From Escherichia coli (GTDB lineage: Bacteria; Pseudomonadota; Gammaproteobacteria; Enterobacterales; Enterobacteriaceae), in NCBI RefSeq assembly GCF_046105845.1, contig NZ_CP151004.1: a stretch of DNA of 64,000 nt. The stretch is one strand, 5' to 3'. The translations under genes were made by a program, and so were the position numbers. Below are positions 7,654-18,668 of this stretch, piece by piece. Below the pieces are notes generated by a model, which saw only the letters and a program-made list of their open reading frames with translations, was not told the origin of the DNA and made no database searches. Position 1 is the first letter of the stretch; every line of letters starts with the position of its first letter.

Positions 7654-10158
7654 ATGTCACAAACTATCGACCTGACCCTGGACGGCCTGTCCTGCGGTCA
7701 CTGCGTTAAACGCGTGAAAGAAAGTCTCGAACAGCGCCCGGATGTTGAGCAGGCGGATGTGTCTGTCACTGAAGCGCACGTTACCGGGACTGCCAGTGCA
7801 GAACAGCTGATCGAAACCATCAAACAAGCGGGTTATGACGCATCTGTAAGCCACCCAAAGGCTAAACCGCTGGCGGAGTCATCAATCCCGTCGGAAGCAC
7901 TGACAGCGGTTTCTGAGGCGCTTCCGGCAGCGACCGCCGATGACGATGACAGCCAGCAGTTGCTGCTGAGCGGCATGAGCTGCGCCAGCTGTGTCACCCG
8001 CGTACAAAATGCGCTGCAAAGCGTACCGGGCGTCACTCAGGCACGGGTAAACCTGGCGGAGCGTACTGCGCTGGTGATGGGCAGTGCCTCCCCACAAGAT
8101 TTAGTGCAGGCGGTGGAAAAAGCGGGCTACGGCGCGGAAGCGATTGAAGATGACGCTAAACGCCGCGAGCGCCAGCAAGAAACCGCCGTCGCTACGATGA
8201 AGCGCTTCCGCTGGCAGGCGATTGTCGCACTGGCGGTGGGTATCCCGGTGATGGTCTGGGGGATGATCGGCGATAACATGATGGTCACCGCCGACAACCG
8301 CAGCCTGTGGTTGGTTATCGGCCTGATAACCCTGGCGGTAATGGTTTTCGCCGGCGGGCATTTTTACCGCAGCGCATGGAAAAGCCTGCTGAACGGTGCA
8401 GCGACGATGGATACGCTGGTGGCGCTAGGTACTGGCGTGGCGTGGCTCTATTCGATGAGCGTCAACCTGTGGCCGCAGTGGTTCCCGATGGAAGCGCGAC
8501 ATCTTTATTACGAAGCCAGTGCGATGATTATCGGTTTGATTAATCTCGGCCATATGCTGGAAGCACGCGCACGTCAGCGTTCTTCTAAGGCGCTGGAGAA
8601 ATTACTCGATTTAACCCCACCGACGGCGCGCCTGGTTACTGACGAAGGTGAAAAAAGCGTGCCTCTGGCAGAAGTGCAGCCAGGTATGTTGCTGCGCCTG
8701 ACGACCGGCGATCGCGTGCCGGTAGATGGCGAGATTACCCAGGGCGAAGCATGGCTGGATGAAGCGATGCTGACGGGCGAACCAATCCCGCAGCAAAAAG
8801 GCGAAGGCGATAGCGTCCATGCCGGGACAGTGGTACAGGACGGCAGTGTGCTGTTTCGTGCCAGTGCGGTCGGCAGCCATACTACGCTGTCACGAATCAT
8901 TCGCATGGTGCGCCAGGCCCAGAGCAGCAAGCCTGAAATCGGCCAACTGGCGGATAAAATCTCCGCTGTGTTTGTGCCGGTGGTGGTAGTCATTGCGCTG
9001 GTCAGTGCGGCAATCTGGTATTTCTTTGGCCCGGCACCGCAAATTGTTTATACCCTGGTGATTGCCACCACGGTGCTGATTATCGCCTGTCCGTGTGCGC
9101 TGGGACTGGCGACGCCGATGTCGATTATTTCGGGCGTCGGGCGGGCGGCTGAGTTTGGTGTGCTGGTGCGGGACGCCGACGCGCTGCAACGCGCCAGTAC
9201 GCTCGACACCGTGGTGTTCGATAAAACCGGGACGCTGACCGAAGGGAAGCCGCAGGTTGTCGCAGTAAAAACATTTGCTGATATTGATGAAGCGCAAGCA
9301 TTGCGTCTGGCGGCGGCGCTGGAGCAAGGTTCCAGCCACCCGCTGGCACGGGCGATCCTCGATAAAGCAGGTGATATGCAGCTACCGCAGGTCAACGGTT
9401 TCCGCACATTGCGCGGGCTGGGTGTGAGCGGTGAAGCTGAAGGTCATGCGGTATTGCTGGGCAATCAGGCGCTGTTAAATGACCAGCAAGTTGATACTAA
9501 AGCGATTGAGGCAGATATTTCAGCTCAGGCATCGCAAGGGGCAACGCCTGTGCTGCTGGCGGTTGACGGGAAAGCGGTGGCCTTGCTGGCAGTACGCGAT
9601 CCGTTGCGTAACGATAGCGTGGCGGCGCTGCAACGTCTGCATAAAGCGGGATATCGTCTGGTGATGTTGACCGGGGATAACCCAACCACCGCCAATGCGA
9701 TCGCCAAAGAAGCAGGGATTGATGAGGTGATCGCCGGGGTGCTGCCGGACGGTAAAGCCGAAGCGATCAAACGTCTGCAAAGTGAAGGACGTCAGGTGGC
9801 AATGGTGGGCGACGGCATTAACGACGCGCCAGCGCTGGCCCAGGCGGATGTCGGTATTGCGATGGGTGGCGGCAGTGATGTTGCCATTGAAACCGCGGCG
9901 ATTACCCTGATGCGCCATAGCCTGATGGGTGTTGCAGATGCGCTCGCGATTTCCCGCGCAACGCTGCGCAATATGAAGCAGAACCTGCTCGGTGCGTTTA
10001 TCTACAACAGCATTGGTATTCCGGTCGCCGCCGGTATTTTGTGGCCGTTCACTGGAACACTGCTTAACCCGGTGGTTGCCGGAGCGGCAATGGCGCTATC
10101 GTCGATTACCGTAGTGAGTAACGCCAACCGGTTACTGCGGTTTAAACCGAAAGAGTGA
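7654..10158 (+). CDS. copA: Cu(I)-translocating P-type ATPase
   Basis: 834-aa ORF with two N-terminal GMSCxxC metal-binding domains, CPC and DKTGT motifs. Confidence 0.96.
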   Translation: MSQTIDLTLDGLSCGHCVKRVKESLEQRPDVEQADVSVTEAHVTGTASAEQLIETIKQAGYDASVSHPKAKPLAESSIPSEALTAVSEALPAATADDDDSQQLLLSGMSCASCVTRVQNALQSVPGVTQARVNLAERTALVMGSASPQDLVQAVEKAGYGAEAIEDDAKRRERQQETAVATMKRFRWQAIVALAVGIPVMVWGMIGDNMMVTADNRSLWLVIGLITLAVMVFAGGHFYRSAWKSLLNGAATMDTLVALGTGVAWLYSMSVNLWPQWFPMEARHLYYEASAMIIGLINLGHMLEARARQRSSKALEKLLDLTPPTARLVTDEGEKSVPLAEVQPGMLLRLTTGDRVPVDGEITQGEAWLDEAMLTGEPIPQQKGEGDSVHAGTVVQDGSVLFRASAVGSHTTLSRIIRMVRQAQSSKPEIGQLADKISAVFVPVVVVIALVSAAIWYFFGPAPQIVYTLVIATTVLIIACPCALGLATPMSIISGVGRAAEFGVLVRDADALQRASTLDTVVFDKTGTLTEGKPQVVAVKTFADIDEAQALRLAAALEQGSSHPLARAILDKAGDMQLPQVNGFRTLRGLGVSGEAEGHAVLLGNQALLNDQQVDTKAIEADISAQASQGATPVLLAVDGKAVALLAVRDPLRNDSVAALQRLHKAGYRLVMLTGDNPTTANAIAKEAGIDEVIAGVLPDGKAEAIKRLQSEGRQVAMVGDGINDAPALAQADVGIAMGGGSDVAIETAAITLMRHSLMGVADALAISRATLRNMKQNLLGAFIYNSIGIPVAAGILWPFTGTLLNPVVAGAAMALSSITVVSNANRLLRFKPKE
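7854..7860 (+). other. copA: Programmed -1 ribosomal frameshift site in copA (slippery heptamer C CCA AAG) giving the CopA(Z) chaperone
   Basis: CCCAAAG lies in the 0 frame at codons 67-69; the -1 frame reads CCC AAA GGC TAA, terminating after ~70 aa. Confidence 0.7.
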
Positions 10159-10234
10159 TTGGTATTTACTTAATGCGTTTGTGAGATCCAGTTCTTGTTG
10201 CGCTCCTTTTATGAGTAATGCCATATAAAGTGAC

Positions 10235-10560
10235 TGGCGCAGGGAGCGCGCAGGGGGCGGCCAATCGCCGCCGCCCCCTGCCCCCCCGGGCTCTGGCGAA
10301 CAAAATCGCCGCTGCGCGGTACCCTCAGCTTATCCCTTGCGGCTACCGGGTCGGGCGCGAGGTAACATCCCTGTAAAACGCGCCCTCAGCCCACATCCAT
10401 GTGGGCTGCCCCGGCCTTCAGGGAACGCCTCGGCGATTTTGACGCCACCAACACCGGTGCAGTCTTTCGTTTCAAAGCAAAAACAATTTTTCGATCATAT
10501 TTAAGCTACCACTGAACAAGCCTCATAACTCCATTTGCGCCATCCCTCCCTGCGCGCTAG
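10235..10560. repeat. GC-rich intergenic element with nested inverted repeats, unknown function
   Basis: 10-bp inverted repeat gcgcagggag (10237-10246) / ctccctgcgc (10546-10555); inner inverted repeat aaaatcgccg (10302-10311) / cggcgatttt (10431-10440); perfect 11-bp GC stem 10251-10261 / 10270-10280; hairpin 10388-10407. No ORF of 60 aa or more. Confidence 0.4.
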
Positions 10561-10586
10561 CATGATATTTCACAAAGGGAGGTCGT

Positions 10587-11381
10587 ATGGATCTGTTGTA
10601 CCGGGTAAAAACGCTTTGGGCCGCGCTGCGCGGTAATCATTACACCTGGCCTGCTATCGATATCTCTCTTCCCGGCAATCGCCATTTTCATCTGCTCGGC
10701 AGTATTCATATGGGTAGCCACGATATGGCTCCCCTGCCCACCCGTTTGCTCAAAAAGCTCAAAAACGCCGATGCGCTGATCGTCGAGGCGGATGTTTCCA
10801 CCAGCGATACGCCTTTTGCTAATTTGCCTGCCTGCGAGGCGCTGGAAGAGCGCATTAGCGAGGAGCAACTCCAAAACCTGCAGCACATTAGCCAGGAGAT
10901 GGGCATTTCTACCTCACTCTTTTCTACCCAACCGCTGTGGCAAATCGCGATGGTTCTTCAGGCGACACAGGCGCAAAAACTGGGGCTGCGGGCAGAGTAT
11001 GGTATCGATTACCAGCTATTGCAGGCGGCGAAGCAACAACATAAATCCGTGATTGAACTGGAAGGGGCAGAAAACCAGATTGCCATGTTGCTCCAGCTCC
11101 CTGACAACGGACTGGCGCTGCTGGACGATACGCTGACCCACTGGCACACCAATGCACGGTTGCTGCAACAAATGATGAGCTGGTGGCTGAACACGCCGCC
11201 GCAAAATAATGAAATAACGCTGCCTAATACGTTCAGTCAGTCGCTGTACGATGTGTTGATGCATCAGCGAAATCTCGCCTGGCGGGATAAATTACGCGCC
11301 ATGCCGCCGGGGCGATATGTGGTCGCGGTCGGTGCACTACACCTGTATGGAGAAGGGAATTTACCGCAAATGTTGCGCTAA
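10587..11381 (+). CDS. ybaP: TraB-family protein YbaP
   Basis: 264-aa ORF matching recalled YbaP. Confidence 0.9.
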   Translation: MDLLYRVKTLWAALRGNHYTWPAIDISLPGNRHFHLLGSIHMGSHDMAPLPTRLLKKLKNADALIVEADVSTSDTPFANLPACEALEERISEEQLQNLQHISQEMGISTSLFSTQPLWQIAMVLQATQAQKLGLRAEYGIDYQLLQAAKQQHKSVIELEGAENQIAMLLQLPDNGLALLDDTLTHWHTNARLLQQMMSWWLNTPPQNNEITLPNTFSQSLYDVLMHQRNLAWRDKLRAMPPGRYVVAVGALHLYGEGNLPQMLR

Positions 11382-11463
11382 AAAAATGGCCAATATCGCT
11401 ATTGGCCCGTCAAAGAGGAATTTCATTTTTTTATTATTATGCCGTCACTTTAAGCGACGGTGT
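11381..11463 (-). ncRNA. chiX: ChiX (MicM/SroB) Hfq-dependent sRNA
   Basis: Minus strand reads ACACCGTCGCTTAAAGTGACGGCATAATAATAAAAAAATGAAATTCCTCTTTGACGGGCCAATAGCGATATTGGCCATTTTTTT, matching recalled ChiX including terminator hairpin and U-tract; in the ybaK-ybaP intergenic region as in K-12. Confidence 0.85.
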
Positions 11464-11569
11464 AACTCGATTGTCGCTCAATCTCACCATCCTGCCAATA
11501 CTCTTAGGCAAGATGACTCTTTTTTTTGGACCGCCATCAGGCGTATGCTTGCTTCGTTTTTTTGTTTAA

Positions 11570-12064
<495 letters not shown>

Positions 12065-12069
12065 GCATT

Positions 12070-12098
12070 GTGCCGGATGCGAACATCCGGCACTTTCG
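12070..12098. terminator. Hairpin between convergent ybaK and ushA
   Basis: Perfect palindrome gtgccggatg-cgaa-catccggcac. Confidence 0.5.
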
Positions 12099-12100
12099 GA

Positions 12101-13753
12101 TTACTGCCAGTTCACCTCACCTTTCGGTTCATAGACACTCACATCCAGCGGCGAGCTCTTCTGGATATACGCTTTCAGCACTTCGGCATCAATAAAGCCG
12201 GTATTCACATAGCCCGGTTTGTTATCAAGGCGCGGATAGCCATCACCGCCGGTGGCATTGAAGTTTAATGTCGCCATACGGTAAGTTTTCGCTGGATCGA
12301 CCGGTTCGCCTTTGATTTTAAGGTCGTTCAGTTTGCCGTCTTTCGCCACAAAGCTAACGTTGGCAAATTGCGGGTAGGCACCTGAATCTGGCTTCATTTG
12401 TGCGACGGCGGTCAGGTAATCAATCACCTCTTTACCGGTCATGTCGGCATACACCACCACATTGCCGAATGGCTGCACTTTCAGCACGTTTTTATAGCTG
12501 ATATCGCCTGCTTCGATAGAATCACGAATTCCGCCTCCACTCATCACCGCAAAGTCAGCACCAGTGCGATCCATTTGTGCTGCCAGAATTAACCGCCCCA
12601 TATTGGTCTGTACAAAACGCACTTTGTCACGATCGCCTTCCAGACGACCATTGGTTTCGCCTATTTTCACTTCCAGCTGCGCTTTGCCTTTGTTCTGGAA
12701 CGGCGATAACAGCGAGATCATTTGCTGGTTTTCAGCGATTTCAGGGGTGTACAGCACGCGCTCGCTTTTCCCGTCTTCCCAGGTCACTTTCTTCTTCAGG
12801 TTCACCGGAATCAGCTGGTAGTTAACCATTTTCATTTCGCCATTACGAAACTCAAAATCAGCCCGTCCCACGTATTTGCCCCACTCATGCGCCTGCACAA
12901 TCCAGATGCCGTTTTGTTGATCCGGTTTACATGGCGTACCCGGCACGTAATCGACCTGTTTTTTGTTTTCTGCCGCCATGCAGACCGGATCTTGCGAGTG
13001 ACCACCGACGATCATCGCCAGCGATCCGGCAGGCAGCGCGCGTGCCATCTCCACATCGCCCGGTGCGTTAGAGCCGTGCTCACCATTGTCGTAATGCCCC
13101 ATATGGGTCGCCGCGATAATAATGTCTGGCTTTTCTGTCTGTTGTAGCTCCTGAATCACCAGCTTCGCTTCATCGGCGGGCTTACGGAACTCAATATCGG
13201 TGAAGTTTTCTGGGTTGCCTAACTTCGCTGTGTCATCCGTCGTCAGGCCAATAACGGCAATTTTCAGATCCTGACGCTTAAACAGCGCCCACGGTTTAAA
13301 CAGGCGCTCGCCGGTACTTTTCTGGTAGATATTGGCAGAAAGCAACGGGAACTTTGCCCACTTTTCCTGCTGGCGTAATACGGTGAGCGGGTTATCAAAT
13401 TCATGATTACCGATTGCCATCGCGTCATAGCCCACCAGATTCATGCCGCGAAAATCAGGTTCGGCATCCTGTAAGTCGGACTCGGGCACGCCAGTATTAA
13501 TGTCGCCACCGGAAAGTAGCAGCACGCTACCGCCTTCAGCCGCAACCTCTTTGCGGATACCATCCACCAGCGTTTTTTGCGCCGCCAGACCATATTCGCC
13601 ATATTCATTGCGCCAAAAATGCCCATGATGATCATTGGTGTGCAGAACTGTAATTTTGTAGGTTTTATCCTGCTCATACGCCAGAGCAGTTTCACTCGCC
13701 AGTGTAAATGTGGTTAACAGTGCTAATGCCACGCCCCGCTGCAATAATTTCAT
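12101..13753 (-). CDS. ushA: UDP-sugar hydrolase / 5'-nucleotidase
   Basis: 550-aa ORF with signal peptide and metallophosphatase motifs (HTNDHHG). Confidence 0.95.
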   Translation of the reverse strand: MKLLQRGVALALLTTFTLASETALAYEQDKTYKITVLHTNDHHGHFWRNEYGEYGLAAQKTLVDGIRKEVAAEGGSVLLLSGGDINTGVPESDLQDAEPDFRGMNLVGYDAMAIGNHEFDNPLTVLRQQEKWAKFPLLSANIYQKSTGERLFKPWALFKRQDLKIAVIGLTTDDTAKLGNPENFTDIEFRKPADEAKLVIQELQQTEKPDIIIAATHMGHYDNGEHGSNAPGDVEMARALPAGSLAMIVGGHSQDPVCMAAENKKQVDYVPGTPCKPDQQNGIWIVQAHEWGKYVGRADFEFRNGEMKMVNYQLIPVNLKKKVTWEDGKSERVLYTPEIAENQQMISLLSPFQNKGKAQLEVKIGETNGRLEGDRDKVRFVQTNMGRLILAAQMDRTGADFAVMSGGGIRDSIEAGDISYKNVLKVQPFGNVVVYADMTGKEVIDYLTAVAQMKPDSGAYPQFANVSFVAKDGKLNDLKIKGEPVDPAKTYRMATLNFNATGGDGYPRLDNKPGYVNTGFIDAEVLKAYIQKSSPLDVSVYEPKGEVNWQ

Positions 13754-13970
13754 ACTTCTCTCCCTGACCTGATTTCAACGTGTTGAAAAATAGTATGACG
13801 CGACATCATAGACAAGTCTGCGTCCGGTGAAGATAAATCTGTATCCAGATTAGAAATTCTGTATTCAGCGTTGAGACTTCCTTCAGGGGGCGCATACAGG
13901 TATGTTAGTCGGGTAATAATCACAAATAAGATCATTCTTTACATCGCAACCCTGAAAAAGTGACTTTCCT

Positions 13971-15191
13971 ATGGCAATGAGTGAACAAACCCAGCCTGTG
14001 GCGGGCGCGGCTGCGTCAACGACCAAGGCCCGAACATCGTTTGGTATTTTAGGTGCTATCAGCCTCTCACATCTGCTGAACGACATGATCCAATCGCTGA
14101 TTCTGGCGATTTATCCTCTGCTTCAGTCAGAATTTTCTCTGACATTTATGCAGATTGGCATGATAACCCTCACCTTCCAGCTCGCCTCTTCGCTACTGCA
14201 ACCAGTGGTCGGCTACTGGACCGATAAATATCCGATGCCGTGGTCGTTGCCAATTGGCATGTGCTTTACCTTAAGTGGTCTGGTGCTGCTTGCGCTGGCG
14301 GGCAGTTTTGGCGCAGTTCTGCTGGCGGCGGCGCTGGTCGGTACCGGTTCATCGGTCTTTCATCCGGAATCTTCTCGCGTGGCCCGTATGGCTTCTGGCG
14401 GGCGTCATGGCCTGGCGCAATCTATCTTTCAGGTCGGCGGCAACTTTGGCAGTTCCCTGGGGCCCTTGCTGGCAGCGGTAATTATCGCGCCTTATGGCAA
14501 AGGCAACGTAGCCTGGTTTGTGCTTGCGGCACTGCTGGCGATCGTGGTGTTGGCGCAAATCAGCCGTTGGTACTCGGCACAGCATCGAATGAATAAAGGA
14601 AAACCAAAAGCGACGATTATCAATCCACTGCCGCGCAACAAAGTGGTACTGGCGGTCAGCATTCTGTTAATCCTCATTTTCTCGAAATATTTCTATATGG
14701 CGAGCATCAGCAGCTATTACACCTTTTATCTGATGCAAAAATTCGGATTATCTATCCAGAATGCCCAGCTTCATCTGTTTGCCTTCCTGTTTGCCGTTGC
14801 GGCAGGTACGGTGATCGGCGGGCCTGTAGGGGATAAAATTGGGCGAAAATATGTGATTTGGGGCTCTATCCTCGGCGTTGCGCCGTTTACGCTGATTTTA
14901 CCCTACGCCAGCCTGCACTGGACGGGGGTTTTAACGGTGATTATTGGATTTATCCTCGCTTCGGCATTCTCTGCCATTCTGGTCTACGCTCAGGAGCTGC
15001 TTCCGGGACGTATCGGTATGGTTTCTGGACTCTTTTTCGGTTTTGCTTTTGGCATGGGAGGTCTGGGAGCGGCAGTTCTGGGGCTTATCGCCGATCACAC
15101 CAGCATCGAGTTAGTCTATAAAATCTGTGCTTTCCTGCCACTATTGGGGATGTTGACCATATTCCTGCCTGATAACCGGCATAAAGAGTGA
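13971..15191 (+). CDS. fsr: Fosmidomycin resistance MFS transporter
   Basis: 406-aa MFS-type membrane protein in the conserved position. Confidence 0.9.
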   Translation: MAMSEQTQPVAGAAASTTKARTSFGILGAISLSHLLNDMIQSLILAIYPLLQSEFSLTFMQIGMITLTFQLASSLLQPVVGYWTDKYPMPWSLPIGMCFTLSGLVLLALAGSFGAVLLAAALVGTGSSVFHPESSRVARMASGGRHGLAQSIFQVGGNFGSSLGPLLAAVIIAPYGKGNVAWFVLAALLAIVVLAQISRWYSAQHRMNKGKPKATIINPLPRNKVVLAVSILLILIFSKYFYMASISSYYTFYLMQKFGLSIQNAQLHLFAFLFAVAAGTVIGGPVGDKIGRKYVIWGSILGVAPFTLILPYASLHWTGVLTVIIGFILASAFSAILVYAQELLPGRIGMVSGLFFGFAFGMGGLGAAVLGLIADHTSIELVYKICAFLPLLGMLTIFLPDNRHKE

Positions 15192-15198
15192 TTTCATT

Positions 15199-15223
15199 GC
15201 AGCCAAAGGCAAACTTTGGCTGC
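15199..15223 (+). terminator. Hairpin after fsr
   Basis: Inverted repeat gcagccaaagg/cctttggctgc. Confidence 0.45.
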
Positions 15224-15429
15224 ATCATTTTACAGTCGCCATAAGCCTTTCCTCTGTTAAACCGCCTTCAGTTTTCCGATCCGTGCTTTTTTTTGCAGCT
15301 AATTCCATTTTTCTGCAAAATTCAACAATTATTCATAAACATCATCAATGAAATTGTCATAAACTATTACCTGTAATTTTGGTTTTCCCGGCCAAAAATG
15401 GACAATAACCACCAGGAAAAGGAGACGGA

Positions 15430-17106
15430 ATGCATCACGCCACCCCGCTTATCACCACCATTGTTGGCGGCCTTGTGCTCGCCTTTATCCTCGGCATGCT
15501 GGCCAATAAACTACGTATTTCTCCTCTGGTGGGATATCTGTTAGCGGGTGTGCTGGCAGGACCATTCACTCCGGGCTTTGTTGCCGATACCAAGCTTGCG
15601 CCGGAACTGGCTGAACTGGGCGTCATTCTGTTGATGTTTGGCGTGGGTCTGCACTTTTCGCTGAAGGATTTGATGGCGGTAAAGGCCATCGCCATTCCCG
15701 GCGCGATCGCCCAGATAGCCGTGGCGACGCTGCTGGGTATGGCGCTCTCCGCCGTGCTGGGCTGGTCGTTAATGACCGGTATCGTGTTCGGCTTATGCCT
15801 TTCCACCGCCAGTACCGTGGTGTTACTGCGCGCACTTGAAGAACGGCAATTAATAGACAGTCAGCGTGGGCAAATCGCCATCGGTTGGTTGATTGTGGAA
15901 GACCTGGTAATGGTTCTGACGCTGGTGTTGCTGCCCGCAGTGGCAGGAATGATGGAACAAGGCGATGTGGGCTTTGCCACTCTTGCTGTCGATATGGGGA
16001 TCACCATCGGCAAGGTGATCGCATTTATCGCCATTATGATGCTGGTAGGTCGCCGTCTGGTGCCGTGGATTATGGCACGCAGCGCAGCAACCGGTTCCCG
16101 TGAGCTGTTTACCCTGTCGGTGCTGGCGCTGGCGTTAGGGATTGCCTTTGGTGCGGTGGAGCTGTTTGATGTCTCCTTTGCACTCGGTGCGTTCTTTGCC
16201 GGGATGGTACTGAACGAGTCTGAACTGAGTCACCGTGCCGCCCACGATACGCTGCCATTGCGCGATGCGTTTGCGGTGCTGTTTTTTGTCTCCGTCGGGA
16301 TGTTGTTTGATCCGTTAATTCTGATTCAGCAACCGCTGGCAGTGCTGGCGACGCTGGCAATTATTCTGTTTGGTAAATCGGTCGCGGCACTGTTCCTTGT
16401 GCGTCTGTTTGGTCACTCCCAGCGCACGGCGTTAACCATCGCCGCCAGCCTTGCGCAGATTGGTGAGTTCGCATTTATCCTGGCGGGACTGGGAATGGCA
16501 TTGAATTTACTGCCGCAGGCCGGACAAAACCTGGTACTGGCAGGGGCGATTTTGTCGATTATGCTCAACCCGGTCCTGTTTGCGCTGCTGGAGAAATATC
16601 TGGCGAAGACCGAAACGCTGGAAGAGCAGACGCTGGAAGAGGCTATCGAAGAAGAGAAGCAGATCCCAGTGGATATTTGCAACCATGCGCTACTGGTAGG
16701 TTACGGTCGTGTAGGCAGCCTGCTGGGGGAGAAATTGCTCGCCTCTGATATTCCGCTGGTGGTGATTGAGACGTCACGAACCCGTGTTGATGAACTGCGA
16801 GAGCGCGGGGTCCGCGCAGTATTGGGCAATGCGGCGAACGAAGAAATTATGCAACTGGCGCATCTGGAATGTGCAAAATGGCTGATCCTGACGATTCCCA
16901 ACGGTTATGAAGCGGGCGAGATTGTGGCGTCTGCCCGCGCGAAAAATCCGGATATTGAGATTATCGCCCGCGCCCATTATGACGATGAAGTGGCGTATAT
17001 CACCGAACGTGGCGCGAATCAGGTAGTGATGGGTGAGCGTGAAATTGCTCGTACTATGCTGGAACTGCTGGAAACACCACCGGCGGGTGAAGTGGTGACG
17101 GGGTAA
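15430..17106 (+). CDS. ybaL: CPA2-family cation/proton antiporter with C-terminal TrkA-N domain
   Basis: 558-aa ORF: membrane domain plus Rossmann-type GYGRVG motif. Confidence 0.92.
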   Translation: MHHATPLITTIVGGLVLAFILGMLANKLRISPLVGYLLAGVLAGPFTPGFVADTKLAPELAELGVILLMFGVGLHFSLKDLMAVKAIAIPGAIAQIAVATLLGMALSAVLGWSLMTGIVFGLCLSTASTVVLLRALEERQLIDSQRGQIAIGWLIVEDLVMVLTLVLLPAVAGMMEQGDVGFATLAVDMGITIGKVIAFIAIMMLVGRRLVPWIMARSAATGSRELFTLSVLALALGIAFGAVELFDVSFALGAFFAGMVLNESELSHRAAHDTLPLRDAFAVLFFVSVGMLFDPLILIQQPLAVLATLAIILFGKSVAALFLVRLFGHSQRTALTIAASLAQIGEFAFILAGLGMALNLLPQAGQNLVLAGAILSIMLNPVLFALLEKYLAKTETLEEQTLEEAIEEEKQIPVDICNHALLVGYGRVGSLLGEKLLASDIPLVVIETSRTRVDELRERGVRAVLGNAANEEIMQLAHLECAKWLILTIPNGYEAGEIVASARAKNPDIEIIARAHYDDEVAYITERGANQVVMGEREIARTMLELLETPPAGEVVTG

Positions 17107-17111
17107 ACGGT

Positions 17112-17914
<803 letters not shown>

Positions 17915-18018
17915 ATCAGCATACTTGTCCTTAGCCTTCTGCAGTGACAGCTGGTAGTACAGCGTGCTTCTGGCCAGCCCTGCAGCCTTTAACAGGTCAG
18001 ACTGGCAGTGTCCGCACC

Positions 18019-18549
18019 TCAGGCTCCGGATGACTTTCGTTTTTTCTCCAGCTCCTGGCGCTTTTTTTCCAGGAGATGCTCCTGCATGGCTTTCAGATAT
18101 GCATTTTCTGCGCGAAGATAACGCAGCTCATTCTTCATCTCTTCCGGCGTCATGTTTGCCTCGTTTTCATGGGTATCATCAGAACGGGTCATGCTTTTCT
18201 CCTTCCTGCGCCTGATAAAGGCCTCATTACCAGATTTGCGGTAGCCTTTTATCCAGTTTTTAACCGTGTTGTGGCTGGGAATGTTAAACCGGGCAGCTAC
18301 CCGGGGTAGAGACTCAGAATGCCCGAGAGCATAAAGAACCACGCAAAGTTTATCTTCAGGAGAATAGCTACGCTTGTGTCTGCAATCCAGTGCCCGAGGA
18401 CCGTGAAGAAGAAAAAGATTAATCCAGTGTGAGAGGCTGGTGTGAGAAAGTTGAAAGAGTTTTGCCGTAGAAATGATGCCTGCATGACCAGCCAGGTAAT
18501 GATTTACAGCGGCAAGTTTTACTTCAAATGAATGTTTCATAAACTGCAC
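18019..18549 (-). CDS. IS3-family transposase OrfA (HTH plus leucine zipper)
   Basis: 176-aa ORF; C-terminal heptad leucines (LRYLRAENAYLKAMQEHLLEKKRQELEKK). Confidence 0.85.
   Translation of the reverse strand: MQFMKHSFEVKLAAVNHYLAGHAGIISTAKLFQLSHTSLSHWINLFLLHGPRALDCRHKRSYSPEDKLCVVLYALGHSESLPRVAARFNIPSHNTVKNWIKGYRKSGNEAFIRRRKEKSMTRSDDTHENEANMTPEEMKNELRYLRAENAYLKAMQEHLLEKKRQELEKKRKSSGA
18061..18067 (-). other. A AAA AAG programmed -1 frameshift motif at the end of IS orfA
   Basis: Minus strand reads CTG GAA AAA AAG CGC in the orfA frame, the classical IS3-family slippery heptamer. Confidence 0.6.
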
Positions 18550-18591
18550 CTTCAGATGTCAGATTATGTCCAACATTTGGGGTGCAGTTCA

Positions 18592-18654
18592 GCCATCGCA
18601 TCAGGCATTGAGAGCAAAATGCCAGATGCGGCGTGAACGCCTTATCTGGCCTAC
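18592..18654. repeat. REP/BIME sequences: right half of the interrupted REP plus a second REP
   Basis: gccatcgcatcaggc completes the interrupted palindrome; gccagatgcggcgtgaacgccttatctggcctac (18621-18654) matches the REP consensus. Confidence 0.6.
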
Positions 18655-18668
18655 GAACCGACGATAAC

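Noticed and set aside
10399-10515. 38-codon ORF inside the GC-rich element (MWAAPAFRERLGDFDATNTGAVFRFKAKTIFRSYLSYH)
   Set aside because: No Shine-Dalgarno sequence upstream and the start lies inside a predicted hairpin; more likely a chance ORF in GC-rich DNA. It is retained only as part of the non-coding element finding.
10160-10586. Expected ybaQ gene between copA and ybaP
   Set aside because: Neither strand has an ORF resembling the ~113-aa HTH protein I recall from K-12, so it is not annotated; the absence is reported as a finding instead.
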